From assembly GCA_000320545.1 (NCBI GenBank), contig ADNK01001313.1:27457-91456 (forward strand): 64,000 bases of DNA, written 5' to 3'. A program made the translations under genes and the position numbers. This document shows, one piece after another, positions 63,153-64,000 of this stretch. Each line of letters begins with the position of its first letter. Positions within the stretch are counted from its first letter, which is position 1. Below the pieces are notes generated by a model, which worked only from the letters and a program-made list of their open reading frames with translations, ran no database searches and was not told the DNA's origin. This DNA is from Bigelowiella natans CCMP2755. Its lineage: Eukaryota > Protista > Cercozoa.

Positions 63153-63633
63153 CTTGATGACTATATATTTTGGTGGGACAGCTCAGGGTATCCAAGTCTT
63201 CGCTATGTGCATCGATATTTTGGAAATAATCCCATAGGTCCGGGCGCAAAACTGCTCCGTATTTTTGTTTGTGAATGTACGGCATTGTGGACAATTTATT
63301 CTTATCCTCCTCCTCCTCCTCTCCGATCTTCCCCATCATCAATATTGTACATAATTGTGATGAAGAAGGCATGCCCCCGCACAGTTTAATATGGCGTGTC
63401 TAGGTCGCTGTCTCGATGCTGTCAAAGCTACTTCTACAATAACAACAACTACTACTGCTGCTACTACTGACTTCATCGATTGGGACGATGTAAATCTCAT
63501 CGCAGGCCACCCGCACTCGTTGTAACAGCAGTTTGATCTCTCTGCATACAACACAGTAACTGTTCAGTAAATACTGGCGACGGGTACAAGATGAGCGGGT
63601 CTTCGTGGAGATTTAATGAACGCACGCAGCGAT

Positions 63634-63676
<43 letters not shown>

Positions 63677-63913
63677 TTTGTGTGTTCTTAGGTGAGAGGA
63701 TAGGACAGATAGCTGACGATGCTTTAGCCATTTACTAGGCGCAATAATACCTCTTCTTCTGTGGGACAGATTCCTTTGTATCTGCAAACGTACAAACTCG
63801 CAGCCTTGCCCCCCGCGCCCACCCACTTTCACCTTTGGGAATTATGGTCAATGACTATCGTCATCAGCATGCTTTGATGGTTTTTCCAACACGTGCATAA
63901 AAGATCTATATTT

Positions 63914-64000
<87 letters not shown>
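61937..64000 (-). CDS. Unidentified multi-exon gene, 5' end probably outside the window
   Basis: Several exon-like blocks bounded by AG/GT between SSR-rich introns (EIKLLLQRVRVACDEIYIVPIDE; CNFRYADGLWSLAPSRA; ..PGATLSSSATVGDD..; terminal ORF 62230-61937). Faint GT8-like hints only. Confidence 0.4.
63918..64000. repeat. Compound (TA)n(AG)n microsatellite
   Basis: Seen directly. Confidence 0.95.

Noticed and set aside
1-64000. rRNA, tRNA, telomeric repeats, autonomous transposons or viral genes
   Set aside because: None recognised by eye; tRNAscan-SE, Infernal and repeat-library searches would be needed to exclude them formally.

Overview
Eukaryotic nuclear DNA with the standard genetic code, GT-AG introns plus one probable GC-AG intron, and many microsatellites. 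A ciliary gene (TMEM138) suggests a flagellated protist; the lineage cannot be fixed from sequence alone. I reconstructed about 16 protein-coding genes by hand: GT34-like (partial), DED1/DDX3-type helicase, an RRM protein, TMEM138, a sugar porter, a 7TM-RGS protein, G-alpha, a secreted LamG protein, IP5 2-kinase, a GH141-like beta-helix protein, a PRMT, a GST, a ~3,900-aa polycystin-1-like receptor, UNG, an NDUFA1-like protein and an unidentified partial gene. I saw no rRNA, tRNA or CRISPR array. Highlights: (1) A 7TM-RGS gene with a split RGS domain lies head-to-head (~0.6 kb) with an intronless G-alpha whose G5 box is altered, a candidate linked receptor-GAP/G-protein module. (2) Fifteen consecutive genes alternate strand, and every convergent junction holds a distinctive CATG/CTAG/AGCT/TGCA-rich island; four of these islands carry six perfect copies of the palindrome CATGCTAGCATG. 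(3) The giant receptor has two NHL propellers, two REJ-GAIN/GPS modules and a cytoplasmic PDZ domain. (4) The PRMT has a signal-peptide-like N-terminus and a C-terminal TM anchor. (5) A 197-bp MITE with a 10-bp target-site duplication sits in an intron. All gene models and domain calls are manual, without database searches.
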